Assembly: GCA_002721365.1 (NCBI GenBank)
Contig: PBKC01000011.1
Coordinates: 38,029-102,028 of the forward strand
From: Rhodospirillaceae bacterium
Lineage (GTDB): Bacteria; Pseudomonadota; Alphaproteobacteria; GCA-2721365
DNA: 64,000 bases
Reading direction: 5' to 3'
This document shows, piece by piece, positions 8,466 to 18,525 of this stretch. The notes beneath the pieces were generated by a model. The model did no database searches. It saw nothing but the letters and a program-made list of their open reading frames with translations, and was not told the origin of the DNA. The position numbers and the translations under genes are program-made. Positions within the stretch are counted from its first letter, which is position 1, and every line of letters begins with the position of its first letter.

Positions 8466-9635
8466 TCAATACGACTTCGGCAGACCCAGCGCGCGTTCGG
8501 CGATGTGGCAGAGGATCAGTTCCTCCGAGACCGGCGCCAAGCGATCGATCAGCACCTCGCGGAGGAAGCGCTCGACATGGAATTCCTTGGCATAGCCATA
8601 GCCGCCATGGGTCTTCACCGCCGTCAGGCACGCTTCCCACCCAGCCTTCCCGGCGAGGAACTTGGCCGAATTCGCCTCCAGACCGCAAGGAAGGCCGGCG
8701 TCGTAAAGAGTCGCCGCCTTGAACGTCATCAACTCGGCGGACTGGAGCGCCATCCAGCTTTCCGCCAGCGGGTGCTGAATCGCCTGATTCTGGCCGATCG
8801 GCCGGCCGAACACCACGCGCTCCCGCGCATAGCGTGCCGCTCGTTCGATCGCCGCCTTGCCGATGCCCAGCGCTTCCGCCGCGATCAGGATGCGTTCCGG
8901 ATTAAGGCCGTGGAGGAGGTATTTGAACCCTTCGCCCTCCTCGCCGATGCGGTCCTCTTCGGGAATCACCAGCCCGTCGATGAACAGCTCGTTCGAATCG
9001 ACGGACTTTCGGCCCATCTTCTCGATTTCGCGCACCTCGACCCGGCGCCGGTCGAGATCGGTGTAGAACAGGGTCATCCCCTGGCTGGGTTTGGCGCAGT
9101 CCTCGATCGGCGTCGTGCGCGTAATCAGCAGGATCTTGTCGGCGACCTGTGCGGTGGACGTCCAAACCTTGCGGCCATGAACGACGTAGCGGTCGCCGTC
9201 CTTCACCGCGCGGGTCTTCAGATGCGTTGTATCGAGCCCCGCATCGGGCTCGGTGACGCCGAAGCAGCATCGCTCGCGTCCCTCGATCAGGGGCATCAGC
9301 ATGCGGCGCTTCTGTGCGTCGGTGCCGAACACGACAATCGGGTTCGGCCCGAAGATGTTCATGTGAATCGCCGAAGCCGCCGCCTTGGCGCCGCCCGACT
9401 GGGCAACCGTCATCATCATCACCGCGGCATCGGCGACGCCCAGCCCGGCACCACCGTATTCGGGCGGCATGGCGATCCCCAGCCATCCGCCGGCCGCCAT
9501 GTCGCGGACGAATTCATCGGGAAAGGCGCCGTCGCGATCGCGCTCAAGCCAGTAATTGTCGTCGTACTTGGCGCAGATCCGGGCGACGCTCTCGCGGATC
9601 GCCTCCTGCTCTTCGGTGAAGTTGAAGTCCATCAA
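8466..9635 (-). CDS. acyl-CoA dehydrogenase
   Basis: 389 aa. The N-terminus reads FNFTEEQEAIRESV, the middle has CCFGVTEPDAGLD, and the C-terminus has HGGYGYAKEFHVERFLRE. Confidence 0.9.
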   Translation of the reverse strand: MMDFNFTEEQEAIRESVARICAKYDDNYWLERDRDGAFPDEFVRDMAAGGWLGIAMPPEYGGAGLGVADAAVMMMTVAQSGGAKAAASAIHMNIFGPNPIVVFGTDAQKRRMLMPLIEGRERCCFGVTEPDAGLDTTHLKTRAVKDGDRYVVHGRKVWTSTAQVADKILLITRTTPIEDCAKPSQGMTLFYTDLDRRRVEVREIEKMGRKSVDSNELFIDGLVIPEEDRIGEEGEGFKYLLHGLNPERILIAAEALGIGKAAIERAARYARERVVFGRPIGQNQAIQHPLAESWMALQSAELMTFKAATLYDAGLPCGLEANSAKFLAGKAGWEACLTAVKTHGGYGYAKEFHVERFLREVLIDRLAPVSEELILCHIAERALGLPKSY

Positions 9636-9721
9636 TCGTCCCGCGTGTTCGTCAGAGCGTGCTGTGTCGTCATCTTTTGGCGTCGTCCCGCGTCGGGCAA
9701 TGCGGTAATCGCCCCACCGGT

Positions 9722-9800
9722 GTCATCCTCGTGCTCGACACGAGGATCCAAGACAGGCGACGAAGCGGCAGAGATGCTCGTGTCAGGCACGAGCATGACA
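9722..9800. repeat. composite palindromic intergenic repeat, family 2
   Basis: GTCATCCTCGTGCTCGACACGAGGATCC, a spacer, then GATGCTCGTGTCAGGCACGAGCATGAC. The flanks match the other copies, but the stem sequence is different and still self-complementary. Confidence 0.8.
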
Positions 9801-9813
9801 GGAAAGGGTGAGG

Positions 9814-10674
9814 TTATTCCGCCGCGGCCCGCCCCGCCTCCTCCTTCTCGATCTTCGCCCACAGGGCGCGGATCATGTCCTTCATCATCTGCGCCTCCTG
9901 CCAGCGGTCGGAAAGCTCGTAGCCGTCGGGTCCGGTCATCGCGTATTCCCGGGGGCCGAGTTCGCAGAGGAAGGTGAAGGTCGCGTCCTTCGGCGCACGC
10001 TTCCGCCAGCTTCGGATGCCGTATTCCCACCAGCCCATGAACAGGTCGACCCAGTCCTTGTGGTGCGGGAAGCTGATCTGAAGCTGCACCTGCTCGCGAC
10101 TCGCCACCCGGCCGTGGAACCCCCAGCAATTGTCGAGGATGCGGTGCATGTAGCCGTGATTGGTCTCGTCGATCGGCCAAGCGAACTCGCGCCCGACGAC
10201 GTAGTGCGACAGGTCGCCGGTGAGCCGCAGGTCCGGGAAGCAGTCCAGCAGATGCAGGGTGAAGAACAGGTCGGTGGTCATCCGGTCGCGATGCGTCTCG
10301 ATATGTACCGGGATGCCCGAGTCGTGGGCGATCCGCCGCCAGCCCTCGATATAGGGGATGCAGTCCTCCAGCCTGTAGGGCCGGACATTGGGCTGGAGGT
10401 TGATGTGGTCCGCCCCCAGATCCTGCACATGCTCGATAATGGGCTTCAGATCGTCGACGGAGGTCGGATAGCACTGCGCCTGCCAGGTCATGCCGTTGGC
10501 GCGCAGAAAGTCCGTCACTTCCTTGGCGAAGGCATAGTCGAAGAAGCGGACTCCGGCGCCGTCGAATCCGGCGTCGCGGATCATGGTGAGCTTCTCTTCC
10601 AGCGACCATTCGGCACCGTCCGGCCGGCGCCGCTCCATCGCCCACATCGATTGGTAGACGAGCAGCTTCTGCAT
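9814..10674 (-). CDS. sugar phosphate isomerase/epimerase (xylose-isomerase-like TIM barrel)
   Basis: 286 aa with high GC3. The spacing of His/Asp/Glu residues (IETHRDRMT, GDLSHYVVG) fits this fold. The assignment rests on overall resemblance only. Confidence 0.6.
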   Translation of the reverse strand: MQKLLVYQSMWAMERRRPDGAEWSLEEKLTMIRDAGFDGAGVRFFDYAFAKEVTDFLRANGMTWQAQCYPTSVDDLKPIIEHVQDLGADHINLQPNVRPYRLEDCIPYIEGWRRIAHDSGIPVHIETHRDRMTTDLFFTLHLLDCFPDLRLTGDLSHYVVGREFAWPIDETNHGYMHRILDNCWGFHGRVASREQVQLQISFPHHKDWVDLFMGWWEYGIRSWRKRAPKDATFTFLCELGPREYAMTGPDGYELSDRWQEAQMMKDMIRALWAKIEKEEAGRAAAE

Positions 10675-10796
10675 CGCGATCCTCCCTCGACCATCGGCGC
10701 CGCTTCTCGCGGCTTGTCCGTGGCGGCCATGCTACTCTTCCGAAGGCCGCCGCGCCTACCACCGCGTGCAACCGTACCGACGAACGGAGTCGCTCT

Positions 10797-11174
10797 TTGG
10801 CCGACCAAGCACCGCAACCCGCGCCCTCCGGCAAGCACCCCGCCGAGACGACCGCCCATATGATCTATGCCTTCTACGTGATGGGGCTGTTCGTCCCCAT
10901 CCTCGCCCTGGCTGGCGTCGCCTTCGCACATCTCAAGGGTCAGGACGACATGCCGGAGGGGCTCCGCACGCACTTTCCCTGGCTGATCCGGACCTTCTGG
11001 TGGCCGCTGATGCTAGCCGCAATCTCGATGCTGCTCGTCTTCACCGTCATCATCAGCCCGGTCGGTATCGTCGGGCTGGTTGCGGCAGGAGTCTGGTACA
11101 TCTACCGGATCGCGCGGGGCTGGCTGCTGCTCAAGGACCGGCAGCCGATCCCCAACCCGACGGCCCTGTTCTGA
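10797..11174 (+). CDS. small integral membrane protein (DUF4870-like topology)
   Basis: 125 aa with three predicted hydrophobic helices. An alternative ATG lies at 10860. It sits directly upstream of larC. Confidence 0.55.
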   Translation: MADQAPQPAPSGKHPAETTAHMIYAFYVMGLFVPILALAGVAFAHLKGQDDMPEGLRTHFPWLIRTFWWPLMLAAISMLLVFTVIISPVGIVGLVAAGVWYIYRIARGWLLLKDRQPIPNPTALF

Positions 11175-11188
11175 GCGCCGGATTGCCC

Positions 11189-12355
11189 GTGCACATCCAT
11201 CTCGATCCGCTGGGCGGCGTCGCCGGCGACATGTTCGCGGCGGCGATGCTGGATGCATGGCCTGAGCACCGCGCCCCGCTGTTCGACGCCCTGGCGGTCC
11301 TCGGCGCGCCCTCGAACGTCACCGTCGAACTGCTCGACCACAATGACGGAACGCTGACGGGCAGGCGCTTCCACGTCACCGAACCGCACGGTCACCACCA
11401 CACGCCCTATGCCGAGGTTCGAAGTCGGATCGCCGGCTCTCGTTTGTCGGCCGCGATTCGCGACCGAGCATTGGCGATCTTCGCCCTTTTGGGCGAGGCC
11501 GAAGCCGAGGTTCACGGCATTCCCGTGGAGGAAGTATCCTTCCACGAGGTCGGAGCCTGGGATTCGATCGTCGACGTCGTGTCTGCCGCCTTTCTCATCG
11601 ACGTGGTGGGCGCCGGATCGTGGTCGGCGGGACCATTGCCCATGGGGGCGGGCCGAGGCGCCACCGCCCATGGCGACCTGCCGGTCCCCGCCCCGGCGAC
11701 GGCGCATCTTCTGCGCGGTTTCCTGTTGTTCGACGATGGGCGGCCTGGCGAACGCATCACGCCGACCGGCGCCGCCATCCTCCGCCATCTGGCCCCCAGC
11801 CAGCGCGGCCCGACGCCACCCCGCTGTCTGCTTCGCACAGGCTTCGGCTTCGGGACCCGGCGCCTTCAGGGCATCAGCAACGCCCTTCGGGTCATGGCCT
11901 TCGAGGCAGGAGCAACGGCGGATACCGAGACCGTCGCCGTTCTCGCCTTCGAAGTCGACGACCAGACGGCCGAAGATCTGGCGGTAGCGATGGAGCGGTT
12001 ACGGGCAACGGACGGCGTGCTCGATGCCTGGCAGGCGCCCGTTACGGGTAAGAAAGGCCGGCTCGCGACGGCTGTCCGCCTGCTCGTCCGGCCCGATCAG
12101 CTGAACGACGTGATCGACCGTTGCTTCGCCGAGACGACCACGATCGGACTCAGGTGGAATACGGCGGAACGCGCCGTCCTGCCTCGCCGTGGTGTGTCGG
12201 TCGCGGAAGGTCGCGCGAAGGTGGTCGACCGCCACGGTCGCAAAAGCGCCAAGGCCGAAATCGATGACATCGCCGAAGCTGGCGACCATATCGATCGGGA
12301 GACGCGGCGTCGGACGGTCGAGGATGCGGCGCTGAAACGAGATGATGAGGATTGA
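11189..12355 (+). CDS. larC: nickel insertion protein LarC (pyridinium-3,5-bisthiocarboxylate mononucleotide nickel chelatase)
   Basis: VHIHLDPLGGVAGDMFAAAMLDAWPEH is the DUF111/LarC N-terminus. The start is GTG 11189 or TTG 11183. The track ORF beginning at 10766 is an upstream extension overlapping the membrane-protein gene. Confidence 0.85.
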   Translation: MHIHLDPLGGVAGDMFAAAMLDAWPEHRAPLFDALAVLGAPSNVTVELLDHNDGTLTGRRFHVTEPHGHHHTPYAEVRSRIAGSRLSAAIRDRALAIFALLGEAEAEVHGIPVEEVSFHEVGAWDSIVDVVSAAFLIDVVGAGSWSAGPLPMGAGRGATAHGDLPVPAPATAHLLRGFLLFDDGRPGERITPTGAAILRHLAPSQRGPTPPRCLLRTGFGFGTRRLQGISNALRVMAFEAGATADTETVAVLAFEVDDQTAEDLAVAMERLRATDGVLDAWQAPVTGKKGRLATAVRLLVRPDQLNDVIDRCFAETTTIGLRWNTAERAVLPRRGVSVAEGRAKVVDRHGRKSAKAEIDDIAEAGDHIDRETRRRTVEDAALKRDDED

Positions 12356-12377
12356 GGATATGCCGGTGACGGTGGCT

Positions 12378-12493
12378 CCCCCCGCCTCACCCCGACCCTC
12401 TCCACCCCCGGGGGCGGAGAGGGAGATGATGGGCCCTCTCCGCCGCTTGGCGGGGGAGAGGGAGGGGACCCGCCATCGGCGGGGAGGGTGAGG
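12378..12493. repeat. nested-palindrome intergenic repeat, family 1
   Basis: Two tandem hairpins, CCCTCTCCAC-CCCCGGGG-GCGGAGAGGG and CCCTCTCCGCC-GCTT-GGCGGGGGAGAGGG. They are enclosed by outer arms CCTCACCC / GGGTGAGG. Confidence 0.85.
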
Positions 12494-13311
12494 TGGTGAG
12501 CGCGACGGCCTCTCTTCTCGACTCGCTCGAAACCGTCCTCGCTGGCTTCGGTGCGGCCTCGATCGCCGTCTCCGGCGGCGTCGACAGCATGACCCTCGCC
12601 GTCGTCGCCGGACGCCGTCTCGGCGGGCGGGCGCAGATGTTCCACGCCGCCTCGCCCGCGGTTCCGGCCGAGGCCAGCGAGCGCGTCCGCCGCTATGCCG
12701 CCGTGGAAGGCTGGTCGCTCGCCGTCTTCGATGCCGGCGAGTTCGACGACCCCCGCTACCGCGCCAACCCGGCGAACCGCTGCTTCTTCTGCAAGACCAA
12801 CCTCTACGACAGCATCGCCGCCCGCACGGACCGCACCATCCTTTCGGGCACCAATATGGACGATCTCGGCGACTATCGGCCGGGGCTCGAAGCGGCGGCG
12901 GCCCACGACGTCCGGCACCCCTATGTCGAGGCCGGCATCGACAAGGCCGGCGTCCGAGCGATCGCCGCATATCTCGGTCTCGACGATCTGCAGGCCTTAC
13001 CGGCGGCCCCCTGCCTGTCCAGCCGCGTCGAGACGGGCCTCGCCATCGAGCCCGACGTCCTCACCCGGGTCCACGCGGCTGAGCGTTTCGTCGCCCGCCG
13101 GATCGGGGCGGCGACGGTCCGCTGCCGGGTTCGTCGGGACGTGGTGGTGATCGAGCTCGACTCCGACACCCTCGCCGGACTGAGTGAGAGCGGGCAGGAG
13201 GCCGTGACCGCCGAGGTCGCACGGATGTTCCGCGCCGAGGGTGACCGACGACCGGTGACCCTCGCCGCCTATCGCATGGGGAGCGCTTTCCTCCGCGACG
13301 GCGCCCGATGA
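12493..13311 (+). CDS. larE: ATP-dependent sacrificial sulfur transferase LarE
   Basis: Motifs: PP-loop VSGGVDSMTL, DYRPGL, the sacrificial-Cys motif APCLSSRV, and VRCRV...VVIEL. The start codon abuts the repeat, so the exact start is uncertain. Confidence 0.85.
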   Translation: MVSATASLLDSLETVLAGFGAASIAVSGGVDSMTLAVVAGRRLGGRAQMFHAASPAVPAEASERVRRYAAVEGWSLAVFDAGEFDDPRYRANPANRCFFCKTNLYDSIAARTDRTILSGTNMDDLGDYRPGLEAAAAHDVRHPYVEAGIDKAGVRAIAAYLGLDDLQALPAAPCLSSRVETGLAIEPDVLTRVHAAERFVARRIGAATVRCRVRRDVVVIELDSDTLAGLSESGQEAVTAEVARMFRAEGDRRPVTLAAYRMGSAFLRDGAR

Positions 13312-13970
13312 CCGAGGACGCAGTCCTCGACTGGGACCGCCGCCGGCGGGTCGGCCTCGACGAAGCGATCCTGTGTGCCGGGAAGTCGGCCGGCCAGATC
13401 GCCGACATCCTGGACGAAGCGACGGAGAAGCGGCGTCCCCTCCTCTTCACTCGCCTCGATCCCGACAGCCACGCCGCCCTCGCGCCGCACCATCAGGCCG
13501 CGCTCGACTACGACCCGATGTCGCGGACGGCAATTCTGGGGGATGTTCCCGCACCCGACCATGCGCCCCAGGTCGCGGTCGTCACCGCCGGGACCTCGGA
13601 CCTCCCCATGACGCGGGAGGTCGTCCGCACCTTGGGCTATTACGGCGAGCCCGCCGCCGAATACGCCGATGTCGGCGTCGCCGGGCTCCACCGGCTGCTC
13701 GACCGCATCGAGGCGATCCGGGCCCACCCCGTCATCGTCGTCGCTGCCGGCATGGATGGCGCGCTGCCCAGCGTCCTTGCCGGGCTGGTGCCGGGGCTCG
13801 TCATCGCCCTGCCGACCTCGACCGGCTACGGCGCCGCCCGCGGCGGCGAGACCGCCATGGCGGCGATGCTGACGAGCTGCGCGCCCGGCCTCGTCGTCGT
13901 CAACATCGACAACGGCTACGGCGCCGCCTGCGCGGCGCTGCGGGCCTTGCACCTCACCGCCCCGCGATGA
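13308..13970 (+). CDS. larB: NaAD carboxylase/hydrolase LarB (PurE-like)
   Basis: [12 protein letters not shown] and [18 protein letters not shown] are PurE-like AIR-carboxylase-fold motifs. The start overlaps the larE stop by 4 nt. Confidence 0.85.
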   Translation: MTEDAVLDWDRRRRVGLDEAILCAGKSAGQIADILDEATEKRRPLLFTRLDPDSHAALAPHHQAALDYDPMSRTAILGDVPAPDHAPQVAVVTAGTSDLPMTREVVRTLGYYGEPAAEYADVGVAGLHRLLDRIEAIRAHPVIVVAAGMDGALPSVLAGLVPGLVIALPTSTGYGAARGGETAMAAMLTSCAPGLVVVNIDNGYGAACAALRALHLTAPR

Positions 13971-14037
13971 ACGCGCCGGGGTTGGCAGCCGTCATGCGCC
14001 CCCTTATGGTGCGGCGCACCAACATTGCCGAAGCAGG

Positions 14038-15072
14038 ATGATGATCGAAACAGCCATTGCCGCCGCGCCCCGCGTCCAGGACGACGCCGCGCCCCGACAC
14101 GACTGGACGCAGGAGGAAGCCGCCGCGGTCTTCGCCCTGCCCTTCGCCGATCTGATCTTCCGCGCCCAGACGGTGCACCGCCGCCATTTTGCCAGCAATG
14201 CCGTCCAGTGCAGCAAGCTGCTGTCGATCAAGACCGGCGGCTGCCCGGAGGACTGCGCCTATTGCAGCCAGAGCGCCCGCAACAAGACCAGCGTCAAGGC
14301 GAGCAAGCTGATGGAGGTCGACGAGGTCCTGGCACTGGCCCGGCAGGCGCGCGACGGGGGCGCCACCCGCTATTGCCTCGGTGCCGCGTGGCGCAGCCCC
14401 AAGGACCGCGACCTCGACAAGGTCTGCGCCATGATCGAGGGCATCCGCGACCTCGGCATGGAAAGCTGCGCGACCCTCGGCATGCTGACCGACGCCCAGG
14501 CCGAGCGCCTGAAGGAGTCGGGGCTCGATTACTACAACCACAACATCGACACCTCCGAGCGCTACTATTCGGAGATCATCAGCACTCGCACCTTCGACGA
14601 CCGGCTGGAAACGCTGGGCCGGGTCCAGGACGCCGGTATCAAGGTCTGCTGCGGCGGCATCGTCGGCATGGGCGAGACGCGCGCCGATCGCGTCGGCATG
14701 CTGGTGGCCCTCGCCACCCTGCCCAAGCACCCGGAAAGCGTGCCGATCAACATGCTGATTCCGATCGAAGGTACGCCGGTGTTCGGTGCCGAGGGCCTGG
14801 ACGGCATCGAGTTCGTCCGCACCATCGCCACCGCCCGCATCGTGATGCCGGCGTCGATGGTGCGCCTGTCCGCGGGCCGCGAGTCCATGAGCGACGAGTT
14901 GCAGGCACTCTGCTTCCTGGCCGGCGCCAACTCAATCTTCGTCGGTGACACGCTGCTGACCGCCGGCAATCCCGAGGTCGAACGGGACGACCGCCTGTTC
15001 GCGCGGCTGGGCTTGGAGCCGATGCCCGCCCACGAGAGCCGTCCTCCGGCCGCACCCGACGACCGCGCCTGA
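14038..15072 (+). CDS. bioB: biotin synthase
   Basis: The radical-SAM motif [11 protein letters not shown] is present. 344 aa. Confidence 0.95.
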   Translation: MMIETAIAAAPRVQDDAAPRHDWTQEEAAAVFALPFADLIFRAQTVHRRHFASNAVQCSKLLSIKTGGCPEDCAYCSQSARNKTSVKASKLMEVDEVLALARQARDGGATRYCLGAAWRSPKDRDLDKVCAMIEGIRDLGMESCATLGMLTDAQAERLKESGLDYYNHNIDTSERYYSEIISTRTFDDRLETLGRVQDAGIKVCCGGIVGMGETRADRVGMLVALATLPKHPESVPINMLIPIEGTPVFGAEGLDGIEFVRTIATARIVMPASMVRLSAGRESMSDELQALCFLAGANSIFVGDTLLTAGNPEVERDDRLFARLGLEPMPAHESRPPAAPDDRA

Positions 15073-16379
15073 TGGACGCCGCAGCCGCGGCGGTCCGAAC
15101 CGGCCCGGCGTGGCTCAACGACGGGTTCGGCCATATCTGGCTGCCCTACACGCAGATGGGGACGGCGCCGAAGCCGATCCCGGTGGTTTCCGGCTCCGGC
15201 GCGCGGCTTAAGCTCGCCGACGGCCGCGAGCTGGTCGACGGCATCGCCTCCTGGTGGACGGTCGCCCACGGTTATTGCCACCCGCATATCCAGGCCGCGG
15301 TCGAGGATCAGCTCGGCCGGTTGCCTCATGTCATGCTGGGCGGGCTGGCGCACGAGCAGGCCTACCGGCTGGCGACCCGCCTCGCCGGTCTGCTGCCTGG
15401 ATCACTCGATCGCGTCTTCTTCTCGGAGTCGGGGTCCGTCTCGGTCGAGATCGCGATGAAGATGGCGATCCAGTACTGGCGCAACCAAGGCATCGCCCGG
15501 TCGCGCTTCGTGAGCTTCCGCGGCGGCTATCACGGCGACACCTTCGCGACGATGAGCGTCTGCGACCCCGAGGAGGGAATGCACAGCCTGTTCCGCGGGG
15601 CTCTGGCCGAGCAGCATGTGATCGACCTGCCGGTGGACGACGACAGCGCCGCCGCGCTGGATGCCTGCCTGAGCGATCATGCCGACGACATCGCCGGCGT
15701 GATCGTCGAGCCGCTGGTCCAGGGCGCCGGCGGCATGCGGCTTCACGACGCCGCGACCTTGAAGCGCCTGCGGGACGCCTGTGACCGGCATGGCGTTTTG
15801 CTGATTTTTGATGAGATCTTCGTGGGCTTCGGCCGGACCGGCCGGGCCCTGTTCGCCTGCGAGGCGACCGGCGTCGAGCCCGACATCGTCACCCTGTCCA
15901 AGGCCCTCACCGGCGGCACCCTGCCCCTCGCCGCGACCGTGGCATCAGGCAAGGTGTTCGAGGGCTTCCTCGGCGACGACGCCGGCCACGCGCTGATGCA
16001 CGGGCCGACCTATATGGGAAATCCGCTGGCCTGCGCCGCCGCCAATGCCTCGCTCGACCTGTTCGAGAGCGAGCCGCGGGTCGCACAGGCCGCCGCCATC
16101 GGCCGCTTCCTCGCCCGCCATCTTGAGCCGGCCCGCGACCTCCCCGGCGTCCGCGACGTCCGCACCGAAGGCGCGATCGGCGTCATCGAGGTCGACGCCC
16201 TCCGCGACAACCCATGGCTCAAGCAGTGCTTCATCGATGCCGGCGTCTGGCTGCGCCCGTTCGGCAACATCATCTACACTACGCCGCCCCTCGCCATCGG
16301 CGAGGACGACCTCGCGCGCATCGCAGACGCGATGGTGCGCGTGACGCGCGCATGGTCCGAGCGGTTCCACGGGGGGTGA
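15072..16379 (+). CDS. bioA: adenosylmethionine-8-amino-7-oxononanoate aminotransferase
   Basis: A class III aminotransferase: LIFDEIFVGFGRTG and TLSKALTGG (PLP Lys). It overlaps the bioB stop. Confidence 0.9.
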   Translation: MDAAAAAVRTGPAWLNDGFGHIWLPYTQMGTAPKPIPVVSGSGARLKLADGRELVDGIASWWTVAHGYCHPHIQAAVEDQLGRLPHVMLGGLAHEQAYRLATRLAGLLPGSLDRVFFSESGSVSVEIAMKMAIQYWRNQGIARSRFVSFRGGYHGDTFATMSVCDPEEGMHSLFRGALAEQHVIDLPVDDDSAAALDACLSDHADDIAGVIVEPLVQGAGGMRLHDAATLKRLRDACDRHGVLLIFDEIFVGFGRTGRALFACEATGVEPDIVTLSKALTGGTLPLAATVASGKVFEGFLGDDAGHALMHGPTYMGNPLACAAANASLDLFESEPRVAQAAAIGRFLARHLEPARDLPGVRDVRTEGAIGVIEVDALRDNPWLKQCFIDAGVWLRPFGNIIYTTPPLAIGEDDLARIADAMVRVTRAWSERFHGG

Positions 16380-16399
16380 TGGTGGCGCAAGCGGCAGCC

Positions 16400-16425
16400 G
16401 GGTCCTCCGCACTTGCGGAGGACCC
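16400..16425. repeat. perfect 12-bp-stem hairpin GGGTCCTCCGCA-CT-TGCGGAGGACCC
   Basis: Seen directly in the sequence. It is related to the hairpin at 19913. Confidence 0.7.
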
Positions 16426-16479
16426 ATGGATGGGCCAGGCCGAACATCAACATTCGACCGAGTCCGGCTTCTTTGTCCT

Positions 16480-16606
16480 CGCGTTCCCCACCGCCCCGCA
16501 CCCCTCCCCCCCAATGGGGCGGAGGGGGACTTCCGACGACGGTGCCGCTGCTGCCCCCTCTCCGCCCCATTGGGGGGGAGAGGGACGGGGTGAGGTGGGG
16601 AACGCG
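16480..16606. repeat. nested-palindrome intergenic repeat, family 1
   Basis: The outer arms are CGCGTTCCCCACC / GGTGGGGAACGCG. The inner hairpins are CCCCTCCCCCCC-AATG-GGGCGGAGGGG and CCCCCTCTCCGCCCC-ATTG-GGGGGGAGAGGG. Confidence 0.85.
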
Positions 16607-16632
16607 ACGGCCCCTCAAGCCCATCGCTCGAC

Positions 16633-17793
16633 ATGACCACCTCCCTCGACGCCATGGCGCGGGCGAAGCTCGCCGAGCTCGACGCGGCCAGCCTCAAGCG
16701 CACGCTGGTCGCCAGCGACCGCACCGACGGCGTTCACATCGAACGTGAAGGCCCCACCCTTATCTCATTCTGCTGCAACGATTACCTCAACCTCACTCAC
16801 GATCCGCGGGTGAAGGCGGCCGCCCACGCCGCGACCGAACGCTACGGCGTCGGATCGGGTGCGTCCCGCCTCGTCACCGGCAACCACCCGCTGCTCCCGG
16901 AGCTCGAAGCCCGGCTCGCCCGGCTGAAGGGGGCGGAGGACGCGGTGGTGTTCGGGTCCGGCTATCTCGCCAATCTCGGCATCATCCCGACGCTGGTAGG
17001 GCCCAAAGACCTGATCCTGGCAGACGAGCTGTCACACGCCTGCCTGCTCGCCGGACGGCAGCTCTCGGGTGCCGCCTCGCATCTCTTCCGCCACAACGAT
17101 GCCGGCCATCTCGAAGACGTGCTCGAAACGCACCGGGGCAGCCATCGCCGCTGTCTGATCCTCACCGACGGCGTCTTCAGCATGGACGGCGATCTCGCCC
17201 CCCTGCCCGACCTCGTCGAGCTGGCCGAGCGCTTCGATGCCTGGCTGATGACCGACGACGCCCACGGCATCGGTGTCATCGGCGGCGGCCGCGGCTCCAC
17301 CTTCGCGTTCGGCGAGAAGCTGCCGGTGCCACTCCAGATGGGGACGCTGTCCAAGGCAGTCGGCGGCTATGGCGGCTATATCTGCGCCTCGCGGCCGGTG
17401 ATCGACCTGCTGAAGACGCGGGCAAGGACCCTGATCTATAGCACCGGCCTGCCGCCGGGGACGGTCGCCGCGGCCATCGCCGCACTCGACATCATCGAGA
17501 GCGAGCCCGCCTATTGCGCGCGTCCGGTCGAGAACGCGGCCCTGTTCTGCCGGACCTTGAACCTGCCCGCGGCCGAGAGCCCGATCGTGCCGCTGGTCCT
17601 CGGAGAGGCGGAGACGGCGCTGGCCGCGAGCCGGATGTTGGAGGCGGAAGGCTTCCTGGTGACGGCGATCCGCCCGCCCACGGTGCCGCAGGGAACGGCG
17701 CGCCTCCGCTTCACCTTCACCGCGAAACATACGGAGGACGACATCCTGCGCCTCGCCCATCTCCTCCGCGACCGGGGGCTAGCGGCGGCGTGA
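16633..17793 (+). CDS. bioF: 8-amino-7-oxononanoate synthase
   Basis: FCCNDYLNL, MTDDAHGIGV and GTLSKAVGGYGGY (PLP Lys). Confidence 0.9.
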   Translation: MTTSLDAMARAKLAELDAASLKRTLVASDRTDGVHIEREGPTLISFCCNDYLNLTHDPRVKAAAHAATERYGVGSGASRLVTGNHPLLPELEARLARLKGAEDAVVFGSGYLANLGIIPTLVGPKDLILADELSHACLLAGRQLSGAASHLFRHNDAGHLEDVLETHRGSHRRCLILTDGVFSMDGDLAPLPDLVELAERFDAWLMTDDAHGIGVIGGGRGSTFAFGEKLPVPLQMGTLSKAVGGYGGYICASRPVIDLLKTRARTLIYSTGLPPGTVAAAIAALDIIESEPAYCARPVENAALFCRTLNLPAAESPIVPLVLGEAETALAASRMLEAEGFLVTAIRPPTVPQGTARLRFTFTAKHTEDDILRLAHLLRDRGLAAA

Positions 17794-18458
17794 CCGCCCT
17801 CTTCGTCACCGGAACGGGCACCGGCGTCGGTAAGACCTGGATCACCGCCCGCCTGATCCGCGAAGCCCGGGCCGCCGGCATGCCCGTCGAGGCCCTGAAG
17901 CCGGTGATCAGCGGTTTCGATCCTCACGACGCCGCGGAGAGCGACAGCGGCCACCTGCTCGCCGCCCTGGGCCGACCGATCGATGAGAGAACGCTCGCTA
18001 CGATCTCGCCATGGCGCTTCGCGGCCCCGCTCTCACCCGACATGGCCGCCGCCCGCGAAGGCCGGGCCGTCGACTTCGACGCCCTGGTCGAACTCTGTCG
18101 CCGCCGGATCGCCGAGGCGGAAGGTCTGCTGCTGATCGAAGGCGTCGGCGGGGCGATGGTGCCGCTAGATGGGGGGCATACCGTCCGCGACTGGATCGCT
18201 GCACTGGGCATTCCGGCCGTCGTCGTGGCGGGCTCCTATCTCGGCACCATCAGCCACAGCCTGACGACGCTGGACAGTCTCGCCGTCGCGGGCATCGAGG
18301 CGAAGGCTCTGGTGATCAGCGAGTCGGAATCCAACCCCGTGCCGCTCGCCGAGACGGCCGCCGCCCTGGCCCGCTTCACCGCCGTTCCCATCCTGACCGC
18401 AGGCCGCGACGAAGAGGCGGATTCGGGGTCGTCCCTTCTCAAGGGTCTCTTGCGGTGA
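17790..18458 (+). CDS. bioD: dethiobiotin synthase
   Basis: GTG at 17790 overlaps the bioF stop (GTGA). VTALFVTGTGTGVGKTW is the P-loop. The track N-terminal extension from 17514 is rejected. Confidence 0.85.
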   Translation: MTALFVTGTGTGVGKTWITARLIREARAAGMPVEALKPVISGFDPHDAAESDSGHLLAALGRPIDERTLATISPWRFAAPLSPDMAAAREGRAVDFDALVELCRRRIAEAEGLLLIEGVGGAMVPLDGGHTVRDWIAALGIPAVVVAGSYLGTISHSLTTLDSLAVAGIEAKALVISESESNPVPLAETAAALARFTAVPILTAGRDEEADSGSSLLKGLLR

Positions 18459-18525
18459 TCGCCTCTGTCCAAGGCCCCGCTGGGTCCGTTACAGTTCGGG
18501 GTTCGTAAGACAGGGAGGTTACGGG

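Noticed and set aside
10766-11188. N-terminal 141-codon extension of larC in the ORF track
   Set aside because: It overlaps the membrane-protein gene in another frame and is Arg/Pro-rich. The conserved LarC N-terminus begins at VHIHLDPLGG.
7482-16606. Possibility that the GGGAGAGGG-type repeats form a CRISPR array
   Set aside because: The copies are kilobases apart inside different operons. They are internally palindromic and not direct repeats with regular spacers, and no cas genes are present.
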